Positions 28,396 through 38,164 of a DNA stretch of 64,000 bases are shown in pieces. The notes below the pieces were generated by a model. It had not been told where the DNA came from and searched no databases. It saw only the letters and a list, made by a program, of their open reading frames with translations. A program made the position numbers and the translations under genes. The stretch covers positions 2,528,001-2,592,000 of the forward strand of contig OY776562.1 in NCBI GenBank assembly GCA_963675785.1, given 5' to 3'. This stretch comes from Anaerolineae bacterium (lineage in GTDB: Bacteria > Chloroflexota > Anaerolineae > UBA1429). How positions within the stretch are numbered: position 1 is the first letter of the stretch; each line of letters begins with the position of its first letter.

Positions 28396-29600
28396 TCCTA
28401 AAAGGAAAGAACGTGGTCCTCGGCGTTACCGGGGGTATTGCCGCCTACAAAGCCGTAGATTTGTGCAGCAAGCTGGTGCAGGCTGGTGCTAACGTGGACG
28501 TCATCATGACGCCCGCCGCTACCAAGTTTGTCACGCCGCTGCCCTTTCAAACCATCTCGCAGAACCCAGTCTCTACCGACATGTTCCAGTTGCTCAAAGA
28601 AACCGATATGGCCCACATCTCCCTCTCGAAAAAAGCGGATGTGATCGTCATTGCCCCGGCAACCGCCAACACCATTGCCAAGCTGGCCCATGGTATGGCC
28701 GATAACCTGCTGACTACCACCGTGCTGGCCTCACCCGCGCCGTTGGTCATTGCCCCGGCCATGGATGCCGACATGTGGGCTAACCCACGCACTCAGGCCA
28801 ACGTGCGCACGCTGGTCGATTCCGGCGTTGCTTTTGTAGGGCCTGGCGAGGGCCGACTGGCTTCGGGGCGCATGGGACGGGGACGGTTGGTCTCCACAGA
28901 AGATATCCTGGCTGCCATGCGCATCAAGCTGGGCGAAAAGGGGCCTCTGGCTGGCCAACAGGTGGTGGTTACCGCCGGTGGCACCCAAGAGCCGCTGGAC
29001 CCCGTGCGTCATCTAGGCAATCGCAGCTCGGGCAAGATGGGTTACGCCCTGGCTATCGCCGCCCGCGATGCTGGCGCCCACGTTACCCTGATCTCGGCGC
29101 CCTGCTGTCTGGAAGCGCCTTACGGCGTCGAGTTTGTGCCTGTACGCACCGCCGCCGAGATGCACCAGGCTGTGCTGGCTCATGCCAATGGCTCAGACAT
29201 CCTGTTCATGGCCGCTGCCGTGGCTGACTACCATCCGGCTGTTGTGTCCGCTGAAAAGATGAAAAAGACGCCGGGCAACCTCATGCTGGAACTGGAGCGC
29301 ACGCCTGACATTCTGGCCAGCGTGGCAGAGATGGGCGTCGCGCGACCGCGCGTGGTGGTGGGTTTTGCCGCCGAAACCGAGAATGTGCTGGCCAACGCCC
29401 AGAGCAAATTGGCGCGCAAAAAACTGGACATGATCGTGGCTAACGATGTATCCGTAGCGGATAGCGGCTTTGGCGTGGACACCAACCGCGTCACCCTACT
29501 GACGCCTGATGGTCAGCAGGAAGAGTTGCCGCTCCTCTCCAAAGAAAAAGTCGCCGAACGCATCATTGCCGCTACCGCCTCGATGGGAGATGGGGCATGA
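28392..29600 (+). CDS. coaBC: Phosphopantothenoylcysteine decarboxylase/synthetase
   Basis: 'GVTGGIAAYKA','APATANTIAK','TAGGTQE.LDPVR..GNRSSGKMG','GFAAET'. Confidence 0.97.
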   Translation: MILKGKNVVLGVTGGIAAYKAVDLCSKLVQAGANVDVIMTPAATKFVTPLPFQTISQNPVSTDMFQLLKETDMAHISLSKKADVIVIAPATANTIAKLAHGMADNLLTTTVLASPAPLVIAPAMDADMWANPRTQANVRTLVDSGVAFVGPGEGRLASGRMGRGRLVSTEDILAAMRIKLGEKGPLAGQQVVVTAGGTQEPLDPVRHLGNRSSGKMGYALAIAARDAGAHVTLISAPCCLEAPYGVEFVPVRTAAEMHQAVLAHANGSDILFMAAAVADYHPAVVSAEKMKKTPGNLMLELERTPDILASVAEMGVARPRVVVGFAAETENVLANAQSKLARKKLDMIVANDVSVADSGFGVDTNRVTLLTPDGQQEELPLLSKEKVAERIIAATASMGDGA

Positions 29601-30559
29601 AACCAAGATATGCGGGCTCGATCACCGATGTGACCGGCATTACCGTGGGGCAAGCGCAAAATCTCGAGGCAGGCACCGGCTGCACAGTAGTGCTGGCTGA
29701 TGGTGGCGCTATTGCTGGTGGTTCAGTGCGCGGCCTCTCCCCTGGCACCCGCGAAACCGACCTTCTGCGCCCTGGCACGTTGGTACAAAAGGCCAATGCC
29801 ATCCTGCTCACCGGAGGCAGCGCCTTTGGCCTGGCTGCTGCTGATGGCGTGATGCGCTATTTGGAAGAGCATGATCTGGGCCACGATACCGGCGTCGCAA
29901 AGGTGCCCATTGTGCCCGGTGCGGTGCTGTTCGATCTGGCCGTGGGCCAGGCCTCCATTCGCCCCGACGCTGCTATGGGCTATCTGGCTTGCCAGAACGC
30001 TTCAGTCGCCATTCCCGCCATGGGTAATGTAGGGGCTGGAACGGGTGCTAGTGTGGGCAAATTGCTGGGCATGAACCGCGCTTACAAGGCGGGCATTGGC
30101 ACAGCCAGCATTAGCGCCGGAGGATTGGTGGTGGGCGCCATTGTTGCTACCAATGCTTTTGGCGATGTCATCGACCCCGAAAACGGCACCATCCTGGCGG
30201 GCACGCGTAAAGCCGTGGGTTCAGGCTTTGCCGATACCGCTCAGGCCATGCGCTCGATGGTCGTGCGCAATGTGTTAGCACGCACCAACACGGTTATTGG
30301 CGTCATTGCCACCAATGCCGATCTCGATGTAGCCCAAACCAACGAAGTATCCGCCGCAGCTCACGACGGTCTGGCGAGGGTCATCCGCCCCTCGCATACG
30401 CTCTACGATGGCGATACCCTATTTGCCCTTTCCACATGCGAGATCAAGACCAACCTGGCGTTGGTGGCCGATATGGCCGCCGAGGCAACCGCCAAGGCCA
30501 TCATCAACGGCATACTGGCCGCCGAGGCCGCTTATGGATTGCCAGCCGTCAACAAGTAA
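29597..30559 (+). CDS. P1/S58 (DmpA/ThnT-like) peptidase/amidohydrolase
   Basis: 'ITDV.GI.VG','PGTRETDLL','LTGGSAFGL','GNVGAGTG','NTVIGVIATNA','HTLYDGDT'; ATGA overlap with coaBC. Confidence 0.88.
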   Translation: MKPRYAGSITDVTGITVGQAQNLEAGTGCTVVLADGGAIAGGSVRGLSPGTRETDLLRPGTLVQKANAILLTGGSAFGLAAADGVMRYLEEHDLGHDTGVAKVPIVPGAVLFDLAVGQASIRPDAAMGYLACQNASVAIPAMGNVGAGTGASVGKLLGMNRAYKAGIGTASISAGGLVVGAIVATNAFGDVIDPENGTILAGTRKAVGSGFADTAQAMRSMVVRNVLARTNTVIGVIATNADLDVAQTNEVSAAAHDGLARVIRPSHTLYDGDTLFALSTCEIKTNLALVADMAAEATAKAIINGILAAEAAYGLPAVNK

Positions 30560-30581
30560 CCACAGGCGCGTTTTGCACAAG

Positions 30582-30614
30582 AAAAAAGGCGGTCGGATAA
30601 TCCGACCGCCTTTT
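30582..30614. terminator. Bidirectional intrinsic terminator
   Basis: AAAAAA-GGCGGTCGGA-TAA-TCCGACCGCC-TTTT. Confidence 0.85.
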
Positions 30615-30625
30615 AGCATACGCTT

Positions 30626-31969
30626 CTAGCTGTGGCTCTGGCGACCCTCATCATAGATAGGGCCATAAACCTCGCGATCGAACATGGCACAGCCGGCCCG
30701 GCCGTGATCGCGCATGATCTGCGTGCAGCGGCTGCAGGCCACGCACACGCCGCGAGTCTTCATGGCGCCGTCCAGTAGAATATCGCGAGCAAAATCAGGA
30801 TAGGCAAAGGCCATGCGACCCGCCCCCACGATATCGGCCCAACCAGCCTCGACCACGCCAGCAGCCACGTTGGCCATATACTGCCTCAGCCAGGAATAGC
30901 CCGAGCCCATAATCAACATATCGGGGTTAGCCAGCTTGATATCACGCGCCACATGGATGATGCGCTCCACACCAAAGAGCGGATGCTCTTCTGGTGTATA
31001 GGCCCCCACGGTATTGGTATCGAACGGGCGGTTGATATGCGGCTTGAAATAGGGGTTCCCTATCGTCACATTGACCAGTGAGACGCCCAATCCCTTGAGC
31101 ATGCCGACCAGCTCGATAGGCTCACTCAGATCGGGCACCATGGGGTCGTCCTTACTGACGCCCCAACCCCAGGGATAAGGATGCCCATCGTAACAGTTCA
31201 TACGAATGGTGATGTCGATCTCGGGCACCTCGTTACGCACGCGTGCCACGGTCTCACGCAACATGCGGGTGCGGTTCTCGAACGATCCGCCGTACTTGCC
31301 CTCGCGGGTATGGCAGGCCAACAGCTCAGAGAGCAGATAGCGATGGCAGCTCTTGATGTCGACGCTATCGAAACCCGCCTTGTAAGCCAGCTTGGCCGCC
31401 GCCACATAGGCGTCCTGCAAACGATCGAGGTAATCGTCCGTCACCAGAGGATAATCGGCAGGGATACCCACAGCATCGTCGAGCAGCCCATCATGATGGG
31501 CAATGATAGGAGCCGGCTTATCCACCGGGCGAGAATAACGCCCCGAATGGGTCAGCTGGATGGCGCAATAGGGGTCATAGGCAGCACCATTGCGCTCCTG
31601 GCCGTCCGCTACAGACTCTTCGCGAAGACGCTTGAAAGCGTCCAAGTTGTCCTCAACCAGCAATAATTGGCGAGGATTGGCGCGCCCCTCGGGAACCACG
31701 GCCGTGGCCTCGAACCAGAGCAGCCCGGCGCCGCCACGCGCAAAACGGTGATAGCGTCGAATGGTCAGTTCATCGGGCTTGCCCTCAGCTGTGCCGTCGC
31801 AGCCTTCCATGGGGTGAACACCCAGTGAATTCGGCGATACTTTGCGGCCAACCTGCACGGGGCGAGCGAGAACGCTCAAATCCTCGCTGACGGGCAAGTC
31901 TAGCCCGAGTTCATCAATGCGAGCCTTGAGATCATCCAAAGTCTTGAAACGGAACCTCTCATGGGGCAT
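30626..31969 (-). CDS. Old-yellow-enzyme-type NADH:flavin oxidoreductase
   Basis: 'PMEGCD','FARGGAGL','QLTHSGR','DIKSCHRYL','YGGSFENR', C-terminal CxxCxxC. Confidence 0.88.
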   Translation of the reverse strand: MPHERFRFKTLDDLKARIDELGLDLPVSEDLSVLARPVQVGRKVSPNSLGVHPMEGCDGTAEGKPDELTIRRYHRFARGGAGLLWFEATAVVPEGRANPRQLLLVEDNLDAFKRLREESVADGQERNGAAYDPYCAIQLTHSGRYSRPVDKPAPIIAHHDGLLDDAVGIPADYPLVTDDYLDRLQDAYVAAAKLAYKAGFDSVDIKSCHRYLLSELLACHTREGKYGGSFENRTRMLRETVARVRNEVPEIDITIRMNCYDGHPYPWGWGVSKDDPMVPDLSEPIELVGMLKGLGVSLVNVTIGNPYFKPHINRPFDTNTVGAYTPEEHPLFGVERIIHVARDIKLANPDMLIMGSGYSWLRQYMANVAAGVVEAGWADIVGAGRMAFAYPDFARDILLDGAMKTRGVCVACSRCTQIMRDHGRAGCAMFDREVYGPIYDEGRQSHS

Positions 31970-32055
31970 GAGGCTATCCCCTTTCTATCCAATCACGAGT
32001 ACCATCTGGGAAAAGATAGCACGCTCGGTTGTCAGGGTCAACCTGCCATCGCTTC

Positions 32056-32084
32056 TTGACATCACCAAGCGCCAATGCCATGCT
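32056..32084 (+). promoter_or_regulatory. sigma70-type promoter
   Basis: TTGACA-17 nt-CATGCT with TG extension, upstream of 32109. Confidence 0.55.
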
Positions 32085-32108
32085 AATGGAAATCGATTGA
32101 GGAGAAAC

Positions 32109-33122
32109 ATGATAGAACCACTCTACCCCATGTTGGGTATGATCATCCCCACCTATTTCTCTGATCAGACGCCCGAGGGGATCATCCGTGAACTGTTTGC
32201 CATGACCCTGTGCCACCTCGACCATTACCTGCCGCTCGCACAGGTAGAAGTCGTTATCGATGGCGATCAGCGCGCGTTGCCCATCATTCGCGAACTGGGC
32301 GCCAGTCTCGATCAACCGTTCGACCTTGTCGTACTCGAGGAGAATCAGGGGAAATTAGGAGCCATTCGCGTGGGTCTAGAGCGCCTGTATGAGCGCTGGC
32401 CCAATACCGAGGCAGCCGTCATCCGCGATTGCGACGGCGACCATGGATCTGAGGCTTTGCCTTCGTTCATACGCCTATCCCAAGAGCTAAAAAGCGCTTC
32501 GAATGGCCTGTACATGATCGCCGGGGCCCGCACTTCGCGGCACCACCCCATGGGCTGGATGCGCGGCGAGTTGGAGACCATCCTCGATGCTGTGACCATA
32601 GACGCCCTGGCCTTTAGCCTGGCCAAACAGAATCGCCTGCTCGACCTGACCTATTGCGCTACGCAACGCGCCGTACCCGATATCAGCAGCGGTTACAAGC
32701 TCTATTCGCGCGAGCTTGTACAGCACATCTTTTTCACCCAGACGAACACAGCCTGTCTCTCGCCATACGACTATGATCACCTGGCCCCCGAGACGGCCCC
32801 CTTCGTAGAGGCCATGCTGCAGGGCGCCCTCTATGGCGAGATCGAACGTAGCACCTTTAACGGGCAGCCCACCACCTCTTTCGGCGAGTTCGAACACGCC
32901 CATCTCTACGGGCGTCTGCTGGCCTGGGTATGGACCCGACTCGACGTACCGCTCGACGTAGGTCTGCAGATGTATGACAATCACGCAGCCCCCAGCCTAC
33001 TGCTCACCACCGAAAACGGCATTCAGGCCGTCGAAGCCGTTCGCCAACGGGCGGCAGACATTATTCAAGTTGGCGAGCCCGAAATGCGCTTTCGCAAACG
33101 CAGACGCAGGAGCTTTGTCTAG
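32109..33122 (+). CDS. Hypothetical GT-A-fold (family 2-like) glycosyltransferase
   Basis: 'IIPTY','VIDG','ENQGKLGAIRVG','RDCDGDH','DISSGYKLY'; GAGGAG RBS. Confidence 0.6.
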   Translation: MIEPLYPMLGMIIPTYFSDQTPEGIIRELFAMTLCHLDHYLPLAQVEVVIDGDQRALPIIRELGASLDQPFDLVVLEENQGKLGAIRVGLERLYERWPNTEAAVIRDCDGDHGSEALPSFIRLSQELKSASNGLYMIAGARTSRHHPMGWMRGELETILDAVTIDALAFSLAKQNRLLDLTYCATQRAVPDISSGYKLYSRELVQHIFFTQTNTACLSPYDYDHLAPETAPFVEAMLQGALYGEIERSTFNGQPTTSFGEFEHAHLYGRLLAWVWTRLDVPLDVGLQMYDNHAAPSLLLTTENGIQAVEAVRQRAADIIQVGEPEMRFRKRRRRSFV

Positions 33123-33183
33123 AACTTTTTCCCCGTTCTCGATCAAAAGATTACAATAATGAGCAGCTCAGGAGTGCAAATAT

Positions 33184-34110
33184 ATGTCAGATATCGTGGT
33201 TCTCGGCAGCATCAACATGGATTTAGTCGTTCGCTCACCGCAGATGCCCCGCCCCGGCGAAACGCTTAGAGGCAGTGGCTTTACCACCGTACCCGGCGGT
33301 AAAGGCGCCAATCAGGCCGCAGCGGCCGCCCATCTGGGGGCCAGCGTGCAAATGATCGGCTGCGTGGGGCAAGATGCCTTTGGTCAAACCCTGCTCACTA
33401 ACCTCACCAATCAGGGTGTCGATGTCTCCAGCGTGCGCACCACAAATGACGAGGCTAGCGGCATTGCCCTGATCATCGTGGATGACGACGGCGAGAATTC
33501 GATTGTGGTAGCGCCGGGGGCCAATTATGCCTTGCAGGCTGCGGATGTGGCCCGCAACCGCCAGATATTCAAGCAGGCACGTATGCTGGTTATGCAGTTA
33601 GAGATTCCCCTGGGGGTCGCTGCGGAGGCCATCTATACCGCCAAAGAGATTGGTCTGCCCGTGGTGCTCAACGCCGCCCCGGCAACCAAGGTGCCCGCCG
33701 AGTTGCTGCGCGGCATCTGCGTCATCGTCAACGAATCCGAAGCCGAGACCATCACCGGCATTCCCGTTCATTCCGATCAAGACGCCTATCGCGTTTGCAT
33801 GCACCTCATGGACCTGGGCGCCGAGACGGCTATCGTCACTCTGGGGCCCAATGGGGCCGTTTACAGCAACAAAAACACTAGCGGATATGTCCCGGGCGTC
33901 AAGGTCAAGGCCATCGATACCACCGGCGCTGGCGACACCTTTGTGGGCGCCTTTTCCGTGGCACTGCTAGAGGGGCGATCGTTGGGCGAGGCTGTGGCCT
34001 ATGCCAACTGCGCCGGCGCCCTGGCCACCACCGTGCTTGGCGCACAAACCTCCATTCCCCAGCGCAATGATGTCGATTCCCTCTACGAGAAGACGAAAAG
34101 CCTAGCATGA
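33184..34110 (+). CDS. rbsK: Ribokinase (PfkB family)
   Basis: 'GSINMDL','GGKGANQA','NESE','DTTGAGDTF'. Confidence 0.9.
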   Translation: MSDIVVLGSINMDLVVRSPQMPRPGETLRGSGFTTVPGGKGANQAAAAAHLGASVQMIGCVGQDAFGQTLLTNLTNQGVDVSSVRTTNDEASGIALIIVDDDGENSIVVAPGANYALQAADVARNRQIFKQARMLVMQLEIPLGVAAEAIYTAKEIGLPVVLNAAPATKVPAELLRGICVIVNESEAETITGIPVHSDQDAYRVCMHLMDLGAETAIVTLGPNGAVYSNKNTSGYVPGVKVKAIDTTGAGDTFVGAFSVALLEGRSLGEAVAYANCAGALATTVLGAQTSIPQRNDVDSLYEKTKSLA

Positions 34111-35105
34111 GCGCCAGAATCGGACTCATCGCCAACCCCGCCGCCGGAAAAGACATCCGTCGCCTGATTGCCCACGGCACCAGCATGGATAATCAAGCCA
34201 AGATCGCCATGCTGCGGCGCATTCTAGTGGGCTTGCAGGCCATGGGACCGATCAACGTGTTGGCTATGCCAGATGCCAGCCATCTCATTCAGCGTGCTCT
34301 GGAGGGCATTGGTGGCGTCAAGCCCCAGGTCGATTACGTGGACATGGCCGTCACCAACCTGCCTACCGATTCGACCAAGGCGGCCCAGGCCATGCGTGAG
34401 GCCGATTGTGCCTGCATTCTGGTGCTAGGCGGCGACGGCACGGCACGCATCGTCTCTCAGGCAGACGTGCCTCTGCTACCCATTTCCACCGGCACCAACA
34501 ACGTGCTGCCGGTAACCACCGAGGGCACCCTGGCTGGTATGGCCGCCGGAGCTATGGCACTGGGGCTCATCGACGCCAACCGGGTGTGTTATCGCCACAA
34601 GTGGTTGGAAATTCGCGACAACGACACTTATGTCGACCGCGCCTTGGTGGATGTGGCCGTCATTCGCGGCCAGTTCATCGGCGCCAAGGCCGTGTGGGAT
34701 ACCTCGCGCCTGGTACAGGTGATTGCTACCCGTGCCAATCCCATGTCCACCGGTATTTCGGCCATCGCTGGCATGTGCTGTCCGGTCGCCGTGAGCGAGC
34801 CGCACGGCGTGGCCCTGACTATTGGGCCGGATAGCAGCAAATCGGCCAGTCATCACATTCGCGCGGTCATTGCCCCGGGTCTGGTCGAGAGTGTGGGCAT
34901 TCAGGCTCACCGCAGCATCGCCCCCGATGAGTCCGTGGCCATTGTCGACGAGCGGCCCCTGGTCATCGCCCTTGATGGTGAACGTGAGATCGTGCTGAAC
35001 GCCCCCTCGCGGGCCACCGTCACCCTGCACGATGACGGGCCTTGTATTATCGATCTGGAAGCGGCCGTTCACCAGATGGTCAGCCGACACTTGTTCACAG
35101 TCTAG
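34107..35105 (+). CDS. ATP-NAD kinase-like / AcoX-family protein
   Basis: 'IANPAAGKDIRRL','LGGDGT','STGTNNV','ALDGERE'. Confidence 0.8.
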   Translation: MSARIGLIANPAAGKDIRRLIAHGTSMDNQAKIAMLRRILVGLQAMGPINVLAMPDASHLIQRALEGIGGVKPQVDYVDMAVTNLPTDSTKAAQAMREADCACILVLGGDGTARIVSQADVPLLPISTGTNNVLPVTTEGTLAGMAAGAMALGLIDANRVCYRHKWLEIRDNDTYVDRALVDVAVIRGQFIGAKAVWDTSRLVQVIATRANPMSTGISAIAGMCCPVAVSEPHGVALTIGPDSSKSASHHIRAVIAPGLVESVGIQAHRSIAPDESVAIVDERPLVIALDGEREIVLNAPSRATVTLHDDGPCIIDLEAAVHQMVSRHLFTV

Positions 35106-35145
35106 AGCGCCCCGACGCGCCCTACCCAGCCAATACGGAGGAATA

Positions 35146-36555
35146 ATGACAATTAAAACAGATATCGCGATCATCGGTTCAGGCCCCGGAGGCTATGTGG
35201 CCGCATTGAGGGCCGCTCAGCTCGGTGCGAGTTGCACCCTCATCGAAAAAGACAGATTGGGTGGCGTTTGCTTGAACTGGGGCTGCATCCCCACCAAGGC
35301 ACTGTTGTATTCTGCCGAGGTCATCGAGAGCGCCCACACCGCCAGCGATTTCGGTATCAACATCGGCGATGTGGTGGTGGATTGGGATGGCGTCCAGGCC
35401 CACAAAAACAGTGTGGTCAAAAAACTCACCGGTGGCGTCGAGGTGTTGCTGAAAAAGGCCGGCGTCAACATTCTTTACGGCGCGGCCAGCTTTATCGAGC
35501 CCACTATTTTACAGGTCGAGGGCGAATCCGGCACAGAAACCGTCGAGGCGCGTGATGTGATCATCGCTACCGGCTCACGCAACGCCAGCATCCCCATCCC
35601 AGGGCTGGATGGCCCTGGCGTGGTCGATAGCACCGGCGCTCTGGCCCTGGAAGCCCTACCCAACTCCATCTGCATTATTGGTGCGGGCGCCATCGGCTTG
35701 GAATTCGCCAGCCTGTTCAATGATTTCGGCGTCAAGGTGACCGTGGTCGAGATGATGCCCCGCATTGCCCCACTGATGGATGAGGCCATCAGCCGCGGCT
35801 TGGACCGTGCACTCTCTGGCAAGGGCATCGACCTGCACACCAACACCCGCGTCTCTCGCGTCGAGCACGATGGCAAGCAGTGCATCATCACCATGACCAA
35901 GGACGGCGAGGAGCAAAAGGTCTCGACGGACATCGTGCTCTCAGCTATCGGCCGAGCGGCCAACATTGAGAACATTGGCCTGGAAAATCTGGGCATCAAA
36001 GCCGACCGCAAGGGCATTCAGGTGGATAACCGTATGCGCACGGCCGTGCCCCATGTCTATGCCATCGGTGACGTGGCCAAAGACGGCCCCATGCTGGCCC
36101 ACGTCGCCTCGCACCAGGGCATCGTGGCCGTCGAAGACGCCATGGGCCTGACGGCGCACATGGCATATAACGCCGTGCCTTCCTGCATCTATACTTCTCC
36201 CGAGGTGGCCTCGGTGGGTCTTACGGAGGAAGAGGCTCGCAATGCCGGTTACGAGGTCGTCACCGGCACCTTCCGACTGGGCGCCAACGGCAAAGCGCTG
36301 GCCATGGGCGTATCCGATGGATTCGTCAAGGTGGTCTCTGATGCCAAGAACAAGGCCATTCTGGGTGTGCACATCGTCGGCCCCCACGCCAGCGATGTCA
36401 TCCTCGAAGGCACACTCTCGCTGGACATGGAAGTCACCCTCGGCGAGATGCGCCATGTCATCCATCCCCATCCGGCTCTGGGCGAAGCGCTGGCTGAAGC
36501 CATGTTGGATGCCGAAGGCATTTCGCTGCATTCCGTCTCGCGCAAGCGCAAATAA
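35146..36555 (+). CDS. lpdA: Dihydrolipoyl dehydrogenase
   Basis: 'GSGPGGYVAA','GGVCLNWGCIPTK','GAGAIGLE','HPHPALGE'. Confidence 0.95.
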   Translation: MTIKTDIAIIGSGPGGYVAALRAAQLGASCTLIEKDRLGGVCLNWGCIPTKALLYSAEVIESAHTASDFGINIGDVVVDWDGVQAHKNSVVKKLTGGVEVLLKKAGVNILYGAASFIEPTILQVEGESGTETVEARDVIIATGSRNASIPIPGLDGPGVVDSTGALALEALPNSICIIGAGAIGLEFASLFNDFGVKVTVVEMMPRIAPLMDEAISRGLDRALSGKGIDLHTNTRVSRVEHDGKQCIITMTKDGEEQKVSTDIVLSAIGRAANIENIGLENLGIKADRKGIQVDNRMRTAVPHVYAIGDVAKDGPMLAHVASHQGIVAVEDAMGLTAHMAYNAVPSCIYTSPEVASVGLTEEEARNAGYEVVTGTFRLGANGKALAMGVSDGFVKVVSDAKNKAILGVHIVGPHASDVILEGTLSLDMEVTLGEMRHVIHPHPALGEALAEAMLDAEGISLHSVSRKRK

Positions 36556-36557
36556 TG

Positions 36558-36587
36558 AAAAGGGGGAGTCTTAAGACTCCCCCTTTT
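36558..36587. terminator. Bidirectional intrinsic terminator (perfect 30-bp palindrome)
   Basis: AAAAGGGGGAGTCTTAAGACTCCCCCTTTT between convergent genes. Confidence 0.88.
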
Positions 36588-36588
36588 A

Positions 36589-37332
36589 TTAGCGTTTCCG
36601 TGCCACCCACATGATGCGAAACGTCTCTTCTCCGGGCGGATCAAAGGTAAAGCAGTCATAGGCGGCTTCTACCGCAAAACCAGCATCAGTCAACAGATTG
36701 GCTACCTCTTCGGGCGGATAGGCCTGTTCGACATGCTCCTCGACCATGCGCTCATAGAGCTCACCGCGGCGCTCAAAGGCGGTGAGCATCAGATTGACTC
36801 GCTTGAGATAGTCGTCATAGGTGCTCTTCATGACTACAGCCAAGTCGCCGTTATCCCGAAAGGTCGTCTCGTCATCCCATAGCATTTCAAAGGCATAATC
36901 GGTATTCATGTCGAACATGAACACGCCGCCGGGCACCAAAGCATGGTTCACCCGTCGAAAAACGGCCAATAAATCCTCACTGGTGAGCATATAATTGATG
37001 CTGTCATACAGGCAGGTCACCCAGTCTACTGATGTGCGCAAGCGAAAGGCGCGCATATCCGCCTGGATGAGCGGGCAGTTGAGGCCATCCTGAGCGAGCT
37101 TTAGCCGGGTCTCAGCCAGCATCTCAACCGAACCATCAATGCCCAAAGCCTGCCAGCCGGTTTGCAGCATGGCCTTGAGTACCGTGCCCGTACCGCAAGC
37201 CAAATCAAGACAGCGCCGCCCCGCCACCTCGTGTTTGTCCAACAGTTCTTGCAGATAAGAGATCATCTTGATGCTAAAAAAGAGTTGCCCAGAAGCATCA
37301 TAGATGTGTGCATAGTCCTTGTAATTGATCAA
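36589..37332 (-). CDS. Class I SAM-dependent methyltransferase
   Basis: 'LDLACGTG','GIDGSVEML','DSINY','LVPGGVFMFD'; TTG start with GGAG RBS. Confidence 0.88.
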   Translation of the reverse strand: MINYKDYAHIYDASGQLFFSIKMISYLQELLDKHEVAGRRCLDLACGTGTVLKAMLQTGWQALGIDGSVEMLAETRLKLAQDGLNCPLIQADMRAFRLRTSVDWVTCLYDSINYMLTSEDLLAVFRRVNHALVPGGVFMFDMNTDYAFEMLWDDETTFRDNGDLAVVMKSTYDDYLKRVNLMLTAFERRGELYERMVEEHVEQAYPPEEVANLLTDAGFAVEAAYDCFTFDPPGEETFRIMWVARKR

Positions 37333-37381
37333 ACCGAAAAACTCCTTTTGCCGCCAGCCTCAGAGGGGTTAAACTATCAGC

Positions 37382-38164
37382 ATGAAAGACTATATCATCC
37401 GCAAGGCCCTGCCAAACGCGCAGGACTCAGCCGGCATTCATCATGTCGAGCAGATCAGCCTGGGCGATTCACCCTATGGCGTCGAGCGTGTGCTATCCGT
37501 GTTGGCCGATCCCACACACTATACCTGGCTGGCCCAGTCAGTCGAGGGCACCATCGTCGGCTTTTGCGACTGTTTTCTCACCCGTCGTCCCCGCCTTTGC
37601 CTGGAGATAGACTTGCTGGGCGTGCTATCCGAGGCTAGAAAAAACGGCCTGGCCACACAAATGCTTTGCGAGGCAGCTGCTTACGGTCACCAACTCGGCG
37701 TGGCCAATTGCCGTGCCCTGGTAGCGCAGGATAACATCGCCTCACGGCGAGCCTTTGAAAAGGCCGGTTTTACGGCCAGTAGCGAACTGTATCGATTGCT
37801 CATCTGTGAGACGGGCTCGACGCAGCCACAAGAGCAGCCACACCTCATAACAAGCCCTACGCAACCCGCTGGCTCCCCAAGCGCTGTGCCCTTGCGGCGT
37901 CTGCAACTGCCCTCGTCAGATGCCTGGGTCGACGTGGTCAAGGTTCGTACCATCCCTTACGACGGCCTCTGGATCGAGGGCATCGGGGAGGCGTCAGAAG
38001 ATGACATACTCACTACGCTACGTCAACTTGTTGCCTATGCTCAGCAGCAAAATCTGGACGAGGTCGGGCGCATTCATCCACTCGATGATGAATCTGGCCA
38101 AGCTACTGCTCTGTTTAGAGCTGGCTTTAGCCACATTGGCGAGTATTACATTCTCTCGGCCTGA
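37382..38164 (+). CDS. GNAT-family acetyltransferase
   Basis: 'LGVLSEARKNGLATQM','NIASRRAFEKAGF'. Confidence 0.75.
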   Translation: MKDYIIRKALPNAQDSAGIHHVEQISLGDSPYGVERVLSVLADPTHYTWLAQSVEGTIVGFCDCFLTRRPRLCLEIDLLGVLSEARKNGLATQMLCEAAAYGHQLGVANCRALVAQDNIASRRAFEKAGFTASSELYRLLICETGSTQPQEQPHLITSPTQPAGSPSAVPLRRLQLPSSDAWVDVVKVRTIPYDGLWIEGIGEASEDDILTTLRQLVAYAQQQNLDEVGRIHPLDDESGQATALFRAGFSHIGEYYILSA

